From: Tubiluchus corallicola
Taxonomy: Eukaryota; Animalia; Priapulida
NCBI GenBank assembly: GCA_030141605.1
Contig: JAQGDQ010000150.1
Span: 356,627 to 420,626 of the forward strand
Direction: 5' to 3'
DNA: 64,000 bases
This document shows positions 9,601-20,710 of this stretch, one piece after another; position 1 is the first letter of the stretch, and every line of letters begins with the position of its first letter. A program made the position numbers and the translations under genes. The notes under the pieces were generated by a model that was not told where the DNA came from, searched no databases, and worked only from the letters and a program-made list of their open reading frames with translations.

Positions 9601-12600
9601 AGGCCCACACTTTTGCAGCTTGTATTGCTGATCATTTTTACAATAATTAATGCCAAACAATTAAACAATTTTAATAATATGCTGTGGGTCTACTTTTGTG
9701 TAATGACCGTCTACACATCTGTTAAAGTATACTATAATGGGTTTGTAACTTTTCACGGTAGTAAAAATATATCGCTTTTGCAAAATTTGATGAAAACAAA
9801 ACAATAATCATTTCTGTCAGCTGACTACCTATCCGATTCAAAGGCAATTTTTGTAATGTAGTAATAACAGCTTTATTTTTAGCTATTAAAACAGGTTGCT
9901 GGTACACTTGTCTGTACGTCATCAGCAGAGCTGCACTAGTTCACTTTTTTTCACCGCGATAGGCATAAACACTGCTCATTGGCATTTCCTGTCAGACAGA
10001 AAAAAAATAATTATTAATTAGACAACGTATTGCTAAAAAATTTTCACCAAACTGTTCACAGGTAAGGCAACTATATAATAAGTTAAACCCCCTTTAAGGT
10101 TTGATCACTTTTTAACTTTTATTTTTTATTATGTGAGGTGTAGTTTTATATGCACTTTATGTGAATAGCTGATTGAATTTTTTAGTTTTGAGGTTGCTGC
10201 ATTGGTGAATGGGAAATTGTTTCCTAGCGTTGTAGCCCGTAACAAGAAAGATGGTAAAAGGATGGCTGCAGACTTAGCACTTAGAATGTTGATGACTGAA
10301 GGTCTTTATCAACCAAAAGGATCATTGCCTATTAGTGTGGTACAATTTACGTTTATTGAAATTTTACTTTGAAACTCTGAAGTTGCATATAATGCTTAAT
10401 GTTACTTCGTCACTAAATCTTCATAGTGCCTTTAGATGGCAGTACTTTTGTTTTGATACTTACTTACAGTTTCCTGCATTGAAAATGGCTACATTAACAC
10501 TACTGTTCTTTGTTTTTTACTGCATAAATTAGTAGTAGTTAAAATTTCACTGGGAGATTAGTACAGATTGTTGTATACTTGATTCAATGATGGTTTGATG
10601 GATGTGCTTAATATTTTTTCTGGTTACGTTTCTAAATATTGTATTAACAAAGTGATTCATAATCAACCTGTTATGAACATACAGTAAGTCCTTGCTTAAC
10701 AGACATCCCATTTAGCAATGTTTCATTTTAACGATTCTGGCTTTTTGACACCTTGTTTCACTTAACGTCACATTCTTTGTTTTAACGACCATTTTAGTGC
10801 TAATTTTGCTTGCTGCACTCGCACTGTTTGTATGAAGCCCATAACCCAGATTGCTGCATGGTTATTACACAAGTAATAATTTGCCTAACAAAATGATAGC
10901 AGATATCCAAACATAGCTAGGCAGACCACAATATTAATTGCTTTCCCATATTTAGATAAAATTCTTCTGGTTGTTAAAACTTTCTCATGTTACATAATTA
11001 ATTGCTGTCTTCACTTCATTTGAATTTTTGTTGTCATATAGGCAATACTGAAAATGATCCTGATAGAGAAAGCAGCTCGAAAGTAAAACAGGATGTAGCA
11101 AACTTGCAGGGCAGTGTTATAAGGAAGCGCTGGCTGAAAAAACGAAGAACCTAAGCAGTCAACCCTAGATTTTTTTAAGATAAGAGAAAGAAAAAGATAA
11201 GGGAAAATTTTGAAGGAGAGCAACCAGAGCGGGAAGAACCTCTGTTTCAAATTTAGATTTTAGTTTTCATACTTTAGTTACTCGTGCTTTTTAATTAAAC
11301 AAACATGGTGCGTTGCAGAACTGGTAAGCAATAAACACTTGATAGTGTTTAATTTATGAGCTAAGCACTACGATTTATGTTCTGCAGCTTAATTATACAC
11401 TTATATAAGCAACTGAATGCTTTTACATTATGTCTTATGGAAAGCATTTTTTGTTTTGCAATAAAAAATTTTGAAAAAAGGTAACACGTGTACTCTTCTT
11501 AAATTAAACAGATCGATAAATTACATCAGGGAACTTGGTCTGACAAGATGGCAGCACTTAGTCACACCACTTTCTGTCGTTTGGCAGTAGATGTCTCAGA
11601 ATCTATGGCTGGCAGAAAGATTCTCGCTGCCATTATTATGAGAAAAGGTGTATTAGATGAAGGATGTGTTGTCAGCTTTGGAACAGGTAAGTTTGTGTTA
11701 CCTAACAGTGTATTCCAGATAGGAATGGAAATGACTTGTAATTAAGCCATATCTTATCTGTTCTCTTCTTTCATTACTACTATGACAGATCTGAGGTAAT
11801 GAATGATCATTTTGTAATACTGAATAATATTTAGCTTTGCTGAGCATGTTTGTCAGCAAATGGCTTACAGTAATCGAAAGACAGCAAGTGGATTATGTGT
11901 ATGGCAGGGACCATTGGTTAGCATACTTTCATTTTTCACGAGACAGCTTCTTTCTTCCTGACTTAGACCTTACGACTTATATCCACACATGTGTGTGTAT
12001 ATATATATATATATATGTATGTATGAGCTTAATTTAGGCAGTCGCAAAAGTATTTATCAGTGAAACTGTAGGTAGCCATATTTACTAGCTGTAGAACATC
12101 TATTTATGGTTTTTTAAAAAGGTTTTATATTTTATAAAAATTGATGAAGGTGCTGCAGTTTAACTTAGAGCAAATGAAAAATATGTAAAATGAGTATTTT
12201 ACAGGTAATAGGTGCATAACAGGGAAAAACCTGAGTCTGGAAGGATACGTCATTAACGACTCACATGCAGAAATTATTGCTCGCAGAGGATTTATCAGGT
12301 TTGTTTGTATCCTGAAAGATCTGTAGGTAACTATGTGCATTACAGGTTAGTTATGACACGTTTTCACTGGAGAGCTTTCTCGCCAAGAAACTTGCAAGTA
12401 TCTTCACTCTAGAGAGCAAAATCTGCTGTGAGTTACACTCAGAGAGCAAGTGCAAGCAAAATCTCATGACATCTCATGACATAATTACTCTCTAGATTAA
12501 ATGAAAAAACCAAAAAACAATTAAATCCACTTTAATTGTGCCTCGGCAGTGCTGCACTAGAGTAATCTCAGTTCTTCGCATCGTACAACAGTGCATCACA

Positions 12601-15600
12601 ATGATTGCTAAAAGTGATCGCTGACAATTTTCCACTATCAATTGTTGCAGCTGTTACTGGCACAGCTCTAAACTTTGGAAGCTATTACATAAGCAATCTA
12701 AAATATAATTTCTAAATTTACTTATTAGAACACATTGTTTGTAGACATCGTTATTTTTGCTGGTTTGCTTAATTAAACCCTTCAGTATTAGCAAACTGTG
12801 CAAGTTGGAGAGATTTTATGTAGGATGCTGTTCTTTAAAACTGCTGCAAGTCAATAACTGGACAGCAGGGCTGGGAAATCTTACAGGACTGACAGACATA
12901 GTTCCTAGGACACTTCTTGCACAGAGTAACTTTTTTTCTTAAAGTATATTTTCTCAAAATGTCAATAGCAAAAGTTTAGATTTTTCCTCTTTATTAATAA
13001 AAACAACAAAACTGTTCCACATTCTAATGCTAATCAAAGTTACAGCATAGTTATTATTTGAGGTAATATTTTTCCGCACACCTGCACACACTGCAATATG
13101 TCTGTACGTACTGCCGTCACACTCAAAATCTTCGTAATGGCAAAATGCGCATGATAATTGTGCAGTAACTGAACTATTATTATAGTAGCGATCTCGTTCT
13201 ATAGGCTGGCTTGCTGTTATAAAGAGGAAATATATTGATTTTTGCAGTAGTCCAGTTAACCTTCCAAGACTCACCAATGGTCAGTATTAAAATTCACTTC
13301 ATAATCAATGTTGTCTTGCTGACTCATTGAATTGTGGTTGGCTTCAAATTATACTCTTATACTTACCATAGCAACTGGACTTGCCACCTAGTCCCCAACC
13401 AGTACAAGTCATGTGCTAATATCTTAAGTTCACGGCATAATTATTTTTTGTCACTCAAAAGAACTTCTTTCAGTAGTTAAGCAACGTTAGACATAAGAAA
13501 TGCCTAGATGGGTGTGATATTTTGCAGAATTATTGTTTGAAGTTGTGTCCTGACAAAGCGGTAGAACCTGTGAACCAAACAAAATAAAGGGCTGTTTTCT
13601 TAGTATAGTTCAAAGAAATTTTGTGGAACAATATTTAAGATAAGGCAAAATAATCTTACTAAGCATTACAGTTTTAAATCGTTTAATGCATTTTTGGTGG
13701 GATACAAACTACAGTAGGCGCCGCTTAAGAGACTATTTTTTGAGACTAAAGTGTTTTTACCAAATTAACCGACTGAATCAGTTAACCGACAGATGTGGAA
13801 TTACTGGTATAGAAGTATGAATCATCAACTTAGTAGGCATTGCAATCGTTTTTAATGAATTTTAGAAACAAAGTAAAACCTAAATTCCTTTGTGCAGTTA
13901 ATTTTTTTAAAAAATATTTATATAATAGACTTAATAATAAAATGGAAAGCATATTTTTCTAAATCACATAATACTGTTTTTTGCAAAAATTAAAAAAAAT
14001 CCTTCAAAGTCATCACTATCTTGTGACGAAGGTGGCTCACAAAGTTCTCATGATTGTAAAAACATTGAAAATCTGTTGCTGTGTGACGCATGTCTTGTAA
14101 AACATTTAGTGCTTGGCGTGCTTGAGCTGCAGTTGGCGGTGCCATGTTTCCTCGCAACTGGCTTTGTCGTTCTCTGTAGGTTCGTCTTGGCTAATTCTTG
14201 TTATGCTAATTACTGTACCTGTATTCTTGATTGTTAACTGATTAAGTGTGAAAGCGTGATTTTCAACGAGAGCTTCAAAGGGAAACCGCTGGACAAGTGG
14301 TTAAATGTTTAGCTTGTAGAAATTCTTGGGTAACGAGGTTAATTACAGTGAACAAGCCGGTAACCAATTCAAAATCGCTATATTGACGTACTGGCACATG
14401 TTCTACATACCTACTTACAAACAAAATGGCACTTAACATGATTGTTTCTATGTATTTCATAAAGTAAGTTAGTAAAAGTTCATTGGTCACACAAAACCTT
14501 ATTGGGTAAAAATATAGTAAAAATAGTGAGTCAATTATGCGAAGTTATTTGAGTCAATTGCCGACAGTTTATATATATATATACTTGAATGGGAGCGGCC
14601 CATGCCAGGCATTTTTGAGTAAATTAAGCAATCGAGTCTATTAACCGTGAGTCTAATAAATGGCACCTACTGTACTAATTATTGCTATGAGTGAGTGTGC
14701 AACAATAACTGAAATAATGCTTGAAAATAGCAAATATATTAACATTGGTAATACATGTAAGTGGTGAAAATTCTAATAAAATTGTCATATTAGAACAACT
14801 TTTTAAATCTTCATGGAGCTCTGTGGCCCACTGCTGCACCCCCCCCCCAACTATCTCGACACTAGATACTTCTATAAACATCTTTGGGCTTGGTCCATCA
14901 CTGGGATGCCAACTCTTAGTCCCTGGGACATTTGTAAGATTTTCCGCCTCTGTTTGACAATAAGTCAACTGTTGGAGAGCATGTAATTTCTGGTTGACTG
15001 TAATGCGCAGACCACTTTGCATTCGCACATTTGTTGTCAGACGAAAACTCTCCACTCTGAACACGTCAGAAAGGAAAATTACGGAAGCAGTAGTAGAACA
15101 CCACTTTTTTGTATCACAGATCCATTTTACCAAGTAATCTTAAACTTATGGTATGCTACTTGCTTTCTATTTTTGTATTTTCCTTCTATGTTTTCATTTT
15201 TATGGCTATTTTATTTTTAACTTCTTGTTTATAATCATTTGTCCTTTCATGGTCATTTGTTAGATTTCTGTACAACCAGCTGGAACTCTTTTCCTTTGAT
15301 CCCACTCGTGAAGATTGTATTATTCGACCCTCAATTGAAGGTGGAAAATTTCAAGTTCGTGATAATGTGACATTCCATTTGTACATTTCTACAGCCCCTT
15401 GTGGTGATGGTGCCATATTTTCAGTTAGTGATGCGTACGTATTAATTTTGCTTAGTCACATTTTCAGCAGTGCATGAGTTTTTTTAAGGTATGTAATTAC
15501 TGAGACATAAAACATTTTTAAAATCGTCTGCTTAACATTCGATTTGAATCAAAATTGTTTTTTCTTCGTTATTATTAAAGGAAAGGCCAAGTTTTCTAGG

Positions 15601-18600
15601 TAATTAAGCTCATTTCAATGTTCACGAGATTGTTATAAAGATTTAGTACATTCTTTGTGATAAGCGCCTGTAATTAGTAAAATAACTTTGAAGTCGCATT
15701 CATTTCACGCTTGGGTACTCCCATTTTGAATGTCCATTCTTCCACCAATGACGTCATTCATCGGCTGAAAAAATACAGCGCACTGTCAATTTCCGTTAAA
15801 AATATGAAAGTTTTTACAAAAAATTAGATAACTATTTTTGTGATCTTTTCCATGAACCTTAGGTAAGCTGCAGAAATTTTAATTAGCTTACTTTACGCAC
15901 TTATTACGAAAAGTGACGAAGTCTACCTGTTATGTCATAATTTTCAAGTGAATGGCAGCTGCCACCATGCCTGCAAATTTGTATACAGTGGTAGCATAAA
16001 TTAACTTTAAGCTTTATAAACAGTTTTGCAAATTTCTTTGGTAGATATTTCTAAGTTGAAGTGATAACATTAAAATAATACCAACATGCTAAGTGACTTG
16101 TCCTTGCCTTTAAAGTGTTTCCTACTCACATTCTATGAGCTTCCTAGCAGTACACTACCTACAATAATTATGTTGCAATTTGCAGAAAACACTAGTGAGT
16201 TTACTATTAACTGCAAAAAATCATTCCTTTTTTAGCTATTAACATATGGTAAGAGAGCATTATAATTTTCCGAATCATATAGATTTTTTGAAAAAATAAT
16301 CATGTTAAGTTATCGACTGTTGTTGATCTTCTGGTTGCTTTAATCACAACTTTAAAAAGTGCATAATACGAAAAAATATTAGCTCTGTAGATATTGTTGA
16401 TGTTTTTATTAATATATACTTATGTAATTCATGTCCATCTTTAATAAAAACTGTAAAACTGTACTCAACACATTTGTCTTGTACTAGAGAGTTATTTTTA
16501 GAACTGTGTTGGTTTTATTTAGAACAGATATTAATAATGCTTAAATACTCAATACTTTTTCCTAGCACGGAAGTTGTTTATTGTTCACCAGACATTTTTG
16601 AAGCTAAGTCTTTGCTTTACAGAGGCAACGATGCTGACTATATGAACGATGAATGTAATACTGTCCATAAACCATCATTTAATGCTAAATCCGGACAACT
16701 ACGAACAAAAATGGAAGCTGGTGAGCATATTTAATAGAGGAAATTACTTCTAATTTTAACGACTAGCAAGTAGATGTTTAACATATTAGTGTTCAAGCTA
16801 AGGACTTATTGCACTGATACGCTTAGCACACAACTTCAAGAATTAACAATTGTTGAATTTGTCATGAGCTTACAACTGAATACAGCCATGCACAGTATTA
16901 AAAAGTTTACAGTCAACAAACTTGTATGCAGAAGGCATTTTTTGCAACTTTCATACTTATGCAGAATTATAATATTTTTCTTGCCTTTTGCTAAACATCG
17001 GTTGAGTATTGCTTCGCGAACTTTTGTCAAGCAATCATAAATGAAGATGGGAGATTTCGAGTCAAAACCAATTTTCTGCTTCTTATCTTTATACATCCCT
17101 GACAGATTTTTTTGGAAATTTCAACTATAATAGGTTAGAGTTCCAGATTATGCAGGATACTATGACTAATGGAAATGTCCGTGTTAGGTATTTTAATTCC
17201 CATTTTGTTAGCTAATTCATGGATAATGCTATAAGTATTTTGACATGCAACACTGGGATTTTTATGTCGAATCACAGAATATTTTTTCAGCTGCCAATAC
17301 AAGTCGATTGCATTATCAGCTCCATTTGCACTTATTTTTTGGAAGAGAAAAAAAATTGCAAGATAACCATAGCCATCATATAATATGTTCATTTGTTGGA
17401 GGACATCATACTGTTAACTCTCTGTTCCCAAGCGCTTCGGTCCTTAACTACTCTGTAAGGTAAAGTAGCTTTCAGAATTAGAGACGTCCCGTTGAGATGT
17501 TTTTACGTGAAATGCATCCACGTAAGTAATCTGCTAGCACTTGGTTTCTTTTGATGGTTCAATTTATCTTCTGGTAACTTCAGAACATGACCCACCCAAA
17601 TGATTCTTCTGTTAAGTGATGGTAAACATGTCACTGAGGTGAACTCAAGCAGTATCACCCAGTAACTTATCACACTGGTGACGCTTTTTAGGCATGAAGG
17701 TTTCTCATAGACTCGGGCATAGACTAGGAGCCATTTAGTACATTGTCTCATTTGAGTTCCTCTATACTTGATCTAGAATTAAGACTGCCTGAAATTAGAC
17801 TAGAACACAGCTTTCTCTACAAAATCTTATAACTATTATCCCTTATAAAGTACACTGATAGTGCGGCGTGGATCACAAGAAAGACAAAAGAACAAAATGA
17901 AATAAAATCTCAATAGAAGGTAAGCTGAAAAGCTTGAATCTTGTACTAAACAAAAATAGAACTGAAGCATTTTGCATAACACATCATGGTGACGAATCAT
18001 GGAAGAAATGCAAATATCTTAATAGTTTGCTTGCGACAGAACAGGATATATCAGGATGGAAGCCGGTGCTGGTTCTGGATTATGACGACTAACCTATAGT
18101 GTGTCTGGATTGCAACTAGCCATCTGCGCTTGTTTTCAGCTATTTGATAAATTTGCGGTAGTGCAGTATGATGGGCTATTTTACTAAATGGCAGCCAACA
18201 CAACATTATACGTTGTGGTTTTTTAGTGTGTGTGCCCACTTTCTTAACAAAAATCGTAAAAAGGGAGTTTTCTTGGACTGTTTTCTAAACTCCAAACTAG
18301 TAAAATAAACTCATTTAAAACTTATTCTTTTTAATGAAAACAACAATGGTTAAGATAACAAGCCTCTTACACTCAAAATGTTACTGATAAAAATATCGAA
18401 AATACTACTTTTATGCCTGAAAACCAATTATAATTGATTATCCAATAGATTTTATATCCACTTAATTGATCATGAAAATGAAACAGCTACTATGAAGAGG
18501 AAGTAACCCTTTTAATAACTTACTAACACATTTATCAAAAAGGTATCTGGAAATGGTTATAGAGCTACTACCTTGATTATTACTTTAATTAAGTTTGTCC

Positions 18601-19840
18601 TTAATCTTTAGTGTTTTTTGCTTTGAATATTTTAAGTAGTGTTGTGGGTCAGGTGACTAGTATTTTACAAACAGTGCCCATATGTCTTTTGAAAATATAT
18701 CTGAACTCACTTATTGTATTTATGTGAGTGTGGTTTTTGTTTTGAATTTATTAGGTGAGGGAACAATTCCAATTGAGCCAGATTTTTCGAGTCAAACGTG
18801 GGATGGCATATTGCGTGGTGAACGCCTTCGAACAATGTCTTGCAGTGACAAAATTGCACGATGGAATGTGCTAGGTTTGCAAGGAGCTCTTTTGTCAAAT
18901 TTTCTGGAACCTGTATATCTCAAGTCTATCACATTAGGTACTTTTTGCAATTCCATTAGCATTTTGCACTTTTTGTATGAAACTGAGCAATGTTCTTATC
19001 TGTATTTATAATCAATTTAACTCCCTTACATGTTTTTTTTTGTATGTAGGCTCTTTGTACAATCACGGTCATCTGGCTCGAGCTGTGTGTTGCCGTTTGG
19101 GTGATGAAATTAGTGGCTTGCCACCTGGATACAGATTCAGTCATCCATGGCTTGGGCGAGTGACGGTATGCGATGCTTTAAGAGAAACAGAAAAAACAAA
19201 ACCGGTCAGTCTCAACTGGTCACTTGGTGATGAGAAACCAGAAGTAACAAATGGAACATCAGGCCAACGCAATGACATGTATGAATTTGCAAAATTTTAA
19301 TAGGCTTTATAAATTTAGCTATTTAGAAAAAAGTGTTTTATGCTATACTTAGTCCCTTCAAAGTAAAATAACTGTATATACTTATTTTAATTTTAGGTCT
19401 GCAATGGTTGCATCACAGATATCAAAGTTTAAACTGTTTCAGATGTTTAAGAAAACATGTCATCTGCTGAGGCGGTAAGTTTAAATTGAAGTTTATTTTA
19501 CAAAATTTTACATTTGATAGTCACGTCTAAGGTAACACTGGATGTAAACCCAGACAGGTTATTCGACATTCATTACTTTGGGCTTATTGTCATTGTTTGT
19601 CTTTGGTAGTGTTGCTGACGTTGCTATATTTCTTAACTATCTTTCTACAGAGATGACCTAAATGATGAGGAAAGATATATTGATGCAAAAAGAAAAGCTG
19701 GTGATTACTATCAAGCCAAAGTTATGTTGTATGATTTAATGAAAGAACGAAGTCTTGGCCAGTGGATAACAAAACCACCGGAGGAGAAGGAATTTCGTGC
19801 ACCACCGTTACTCTTCGATCTTGATAGTGAAAATGCATGA
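3184..19840 (+). CDS. ADAR: Double-stranded RNA-specific adenosine deaminase, ADAR1 type (2 Z-alpha + 1 dsRBD + deaminase), 838 aa
   Basis: Coding exons 3184-3345, 5619-6544, 10186-10339, 11512-11686, 12205-12298, 15264-15434, 16566-16720, 18755-18937, 19050-19278, 19397-19474, 19651-19840. All introns are GT-AG and the total of 2517 nt is in frame. Motifs: Z-alpha [14 protein letters not shown] and [14 protein letters not shown]; dsRBD KNPISAL..GPSHAP..KKDGK; deaminase [64 protein letters not shown]. Confidence 0.96.
3480..4450 (-). mobile_element. Possible decayed LINE fragment (endonuclease/linker region) in an ADAR intron
   Basis: Coding-like composition on the minus strand with an ORF remnant at 4131-4442 and many stops. 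Family not assignable. Confidence 0.3.
5619..6544 (+). CDS. ADAR: ADAR coding exon 2: Z-alpha 1 wing, Z-alpha 2, linker, N-half of dsRBD
   Basis: Acceptor tttcag at 5618 and donor gtaagt at 6545. Encodes [25 protein letters not shown] and [16 protein letters not shown]. Confidence 0.93.
6583..6628. repeat. (AT)n microsatellite
   Basis: About 23 AT units directly after ADAR exon 2. Confidence 0.95.
7124..8906. mobile_element. Non-autonomous hAT-like element
   Basis: TIRs CAGTGGCGTGCAGT and ACTGCACGCCACTA. Degenerate 8-bp TSD ACACGGCC / ACGTGACC. Confidence 0.7.
7719..8212. mobile_element. Ginger-like MITE, copy 1 (TGT...ACA ends)
   Basis: About 35-bp TIR TGTTGGGTGCCGAGTAACCCACTAGCCGAAGTAGG, 5-bp TSD ATAGT, and about 3.5 tandem 30-bp subterminal units (7741-7845). 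Homologous to 56869-57592 in inverted orientation. Confidence 0.8.
10682..11455. mobile_element. pogo/Tigger-like MITE fragment, family B
   Basis: Starts TA|CAGTAAGTCCTTGCTTAAC. Segment 11240-11450 closely matches 60118-60390. Confidence 0.6.
12205..12298 (+). CDS. ADAR: ADAR exon with catalytic HAE zinc-binding motif
   Basis: [32 protein letters not shown] with canonical splice sites. The ORF track misses it. Confidence 0.95.
13712..14672. mobile_element. Tc1/mariner-type MITE, family A, full copy
   Basis: TA|CAGTAGGCGCC ... GGCACCTACTG|TA. Internal homology to 28400-29251. Confidence 0.8.
15579..16109. mobile_element. Kolobok-like MITE
   Basis: TTAA on both flanks. 14-bp TIR AGGAAAGGCCAAGT / ACTTGTCCTTGCCT (12/14 match). 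Confidence 0.6.
17440..17790 (-). mobile_element. Decayed non-LTR retrotransposon fragment (RTE-like RT tail)
   Basis: Minus-strand [17 protein letters not shown] resembles the RLRWxGHVxRM motif of RTE/LINE ORF2. Confidence 0.55.
18755..19278 (+). CDS. ADAR: ADAR deaminase exons (SCSDK motif and following)
   Basis: Exon 18755-18937 encodes [36 protein letters not shown]. Exon 19050-19278 encodes [21 protein letters not shown]. Confidence 0.96.
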
Positions 19841-20055
19841 TTAGTAAAGGAAATTTCTTATTACTGCTAGTCCAGGACCTTTTGTCAGTCAACCAAGGAA
19901 AATTATATATATTAATAACTTGTATGCAACATATACTTTATATATATAGTATATATATATATAAATATATATATATATAGTACACATAGCAAATTGCAAA
20001 GAAATGCAAAAACTATCTGCCGTTACTAAAGCAAAATTCTATTGAAAACTGACAC

Positions 20056-20710
20056 TAGCATGTGCCCAAATTGGTGACTAGATCCATTTTTCAAAGTCAA
20101 AAAATAGAGCGAACCGCTTTCTAATATCAAATTAGCAGTCAACCATAGAAAAGTGTCATACAGAACTGTAACAGTCCACTATTACATAAGACCTTTGCTC
20201 TTATAACTTTGTTAAAAAAATCGCTAATTTCTGCTCAAATTGACAGTTATACCGATTTTCTTTGCTGCCTCTATTAGCTGGAGTTCAAGGTGACGCACTG
20301 ACATTCCTAATTACCGAGAAATTGTTTTTATGAACTTTTATGAACATAACAATAACGTGTGCCAAAATTGTTGACTTGCTGTATCCCATTTTTTAAGGTT
20401 GTGTGATATTTTAATTGCCCAACAAAATAATAAAGCTAACTATTGTATTCTCTTCTCATCCATGAGTCTCTTGGTAATTTATTGAAAAAACTTACTTTTT
20501 TTATAGCAAAAACTATTACTTCATTTTGCATTGCCAGGGTGGGCAAAACTTTTATATTGTACCCGGCTGTGAAAATGTAAGCCTTAATGGCCATTTCATT
20601 TTTTCAAAAATTATTTGAAAAAAGCATTTTTATGTAGTACCACAGTCTACAGTTCACTTATTTCCTGACTTTGGAAATATGGGCATAGTGACAATTTTGG
20701 CATGTGTCTA
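20056..20710. repeat. Imperfect inverted repeat (about 60-bp arms) downstream of the ADAR stop
   Basis: Arms 20056-20114 and 20652-20710 are about 75% identical by hand alignment. A partial third direct copy lies near 20356-20400. Confidence 0.65.

Noticed and set aside
9055-10097. Possible TTAA-flanked Kolobok-like element
   Set aside because: Terminal inverted similarity is too weak to support a call.
6583-12025. Alternating purine-pyrimidine tracts in introns of a Z-DNA-binding gene
   Set aside because: They are mostly (AT)n, which is a poor Z-former, and similar tracts occur in NPHP3 introns. No enrichment is evident.
12265-12280. SHAE instead of vertebrate CHAE at the ADAR active site
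   Set aside because: SHAE occurs in active invertebrate ADARs. The zinc ligands and catalytic Glu are intact, so this is not an inactive enzyme.
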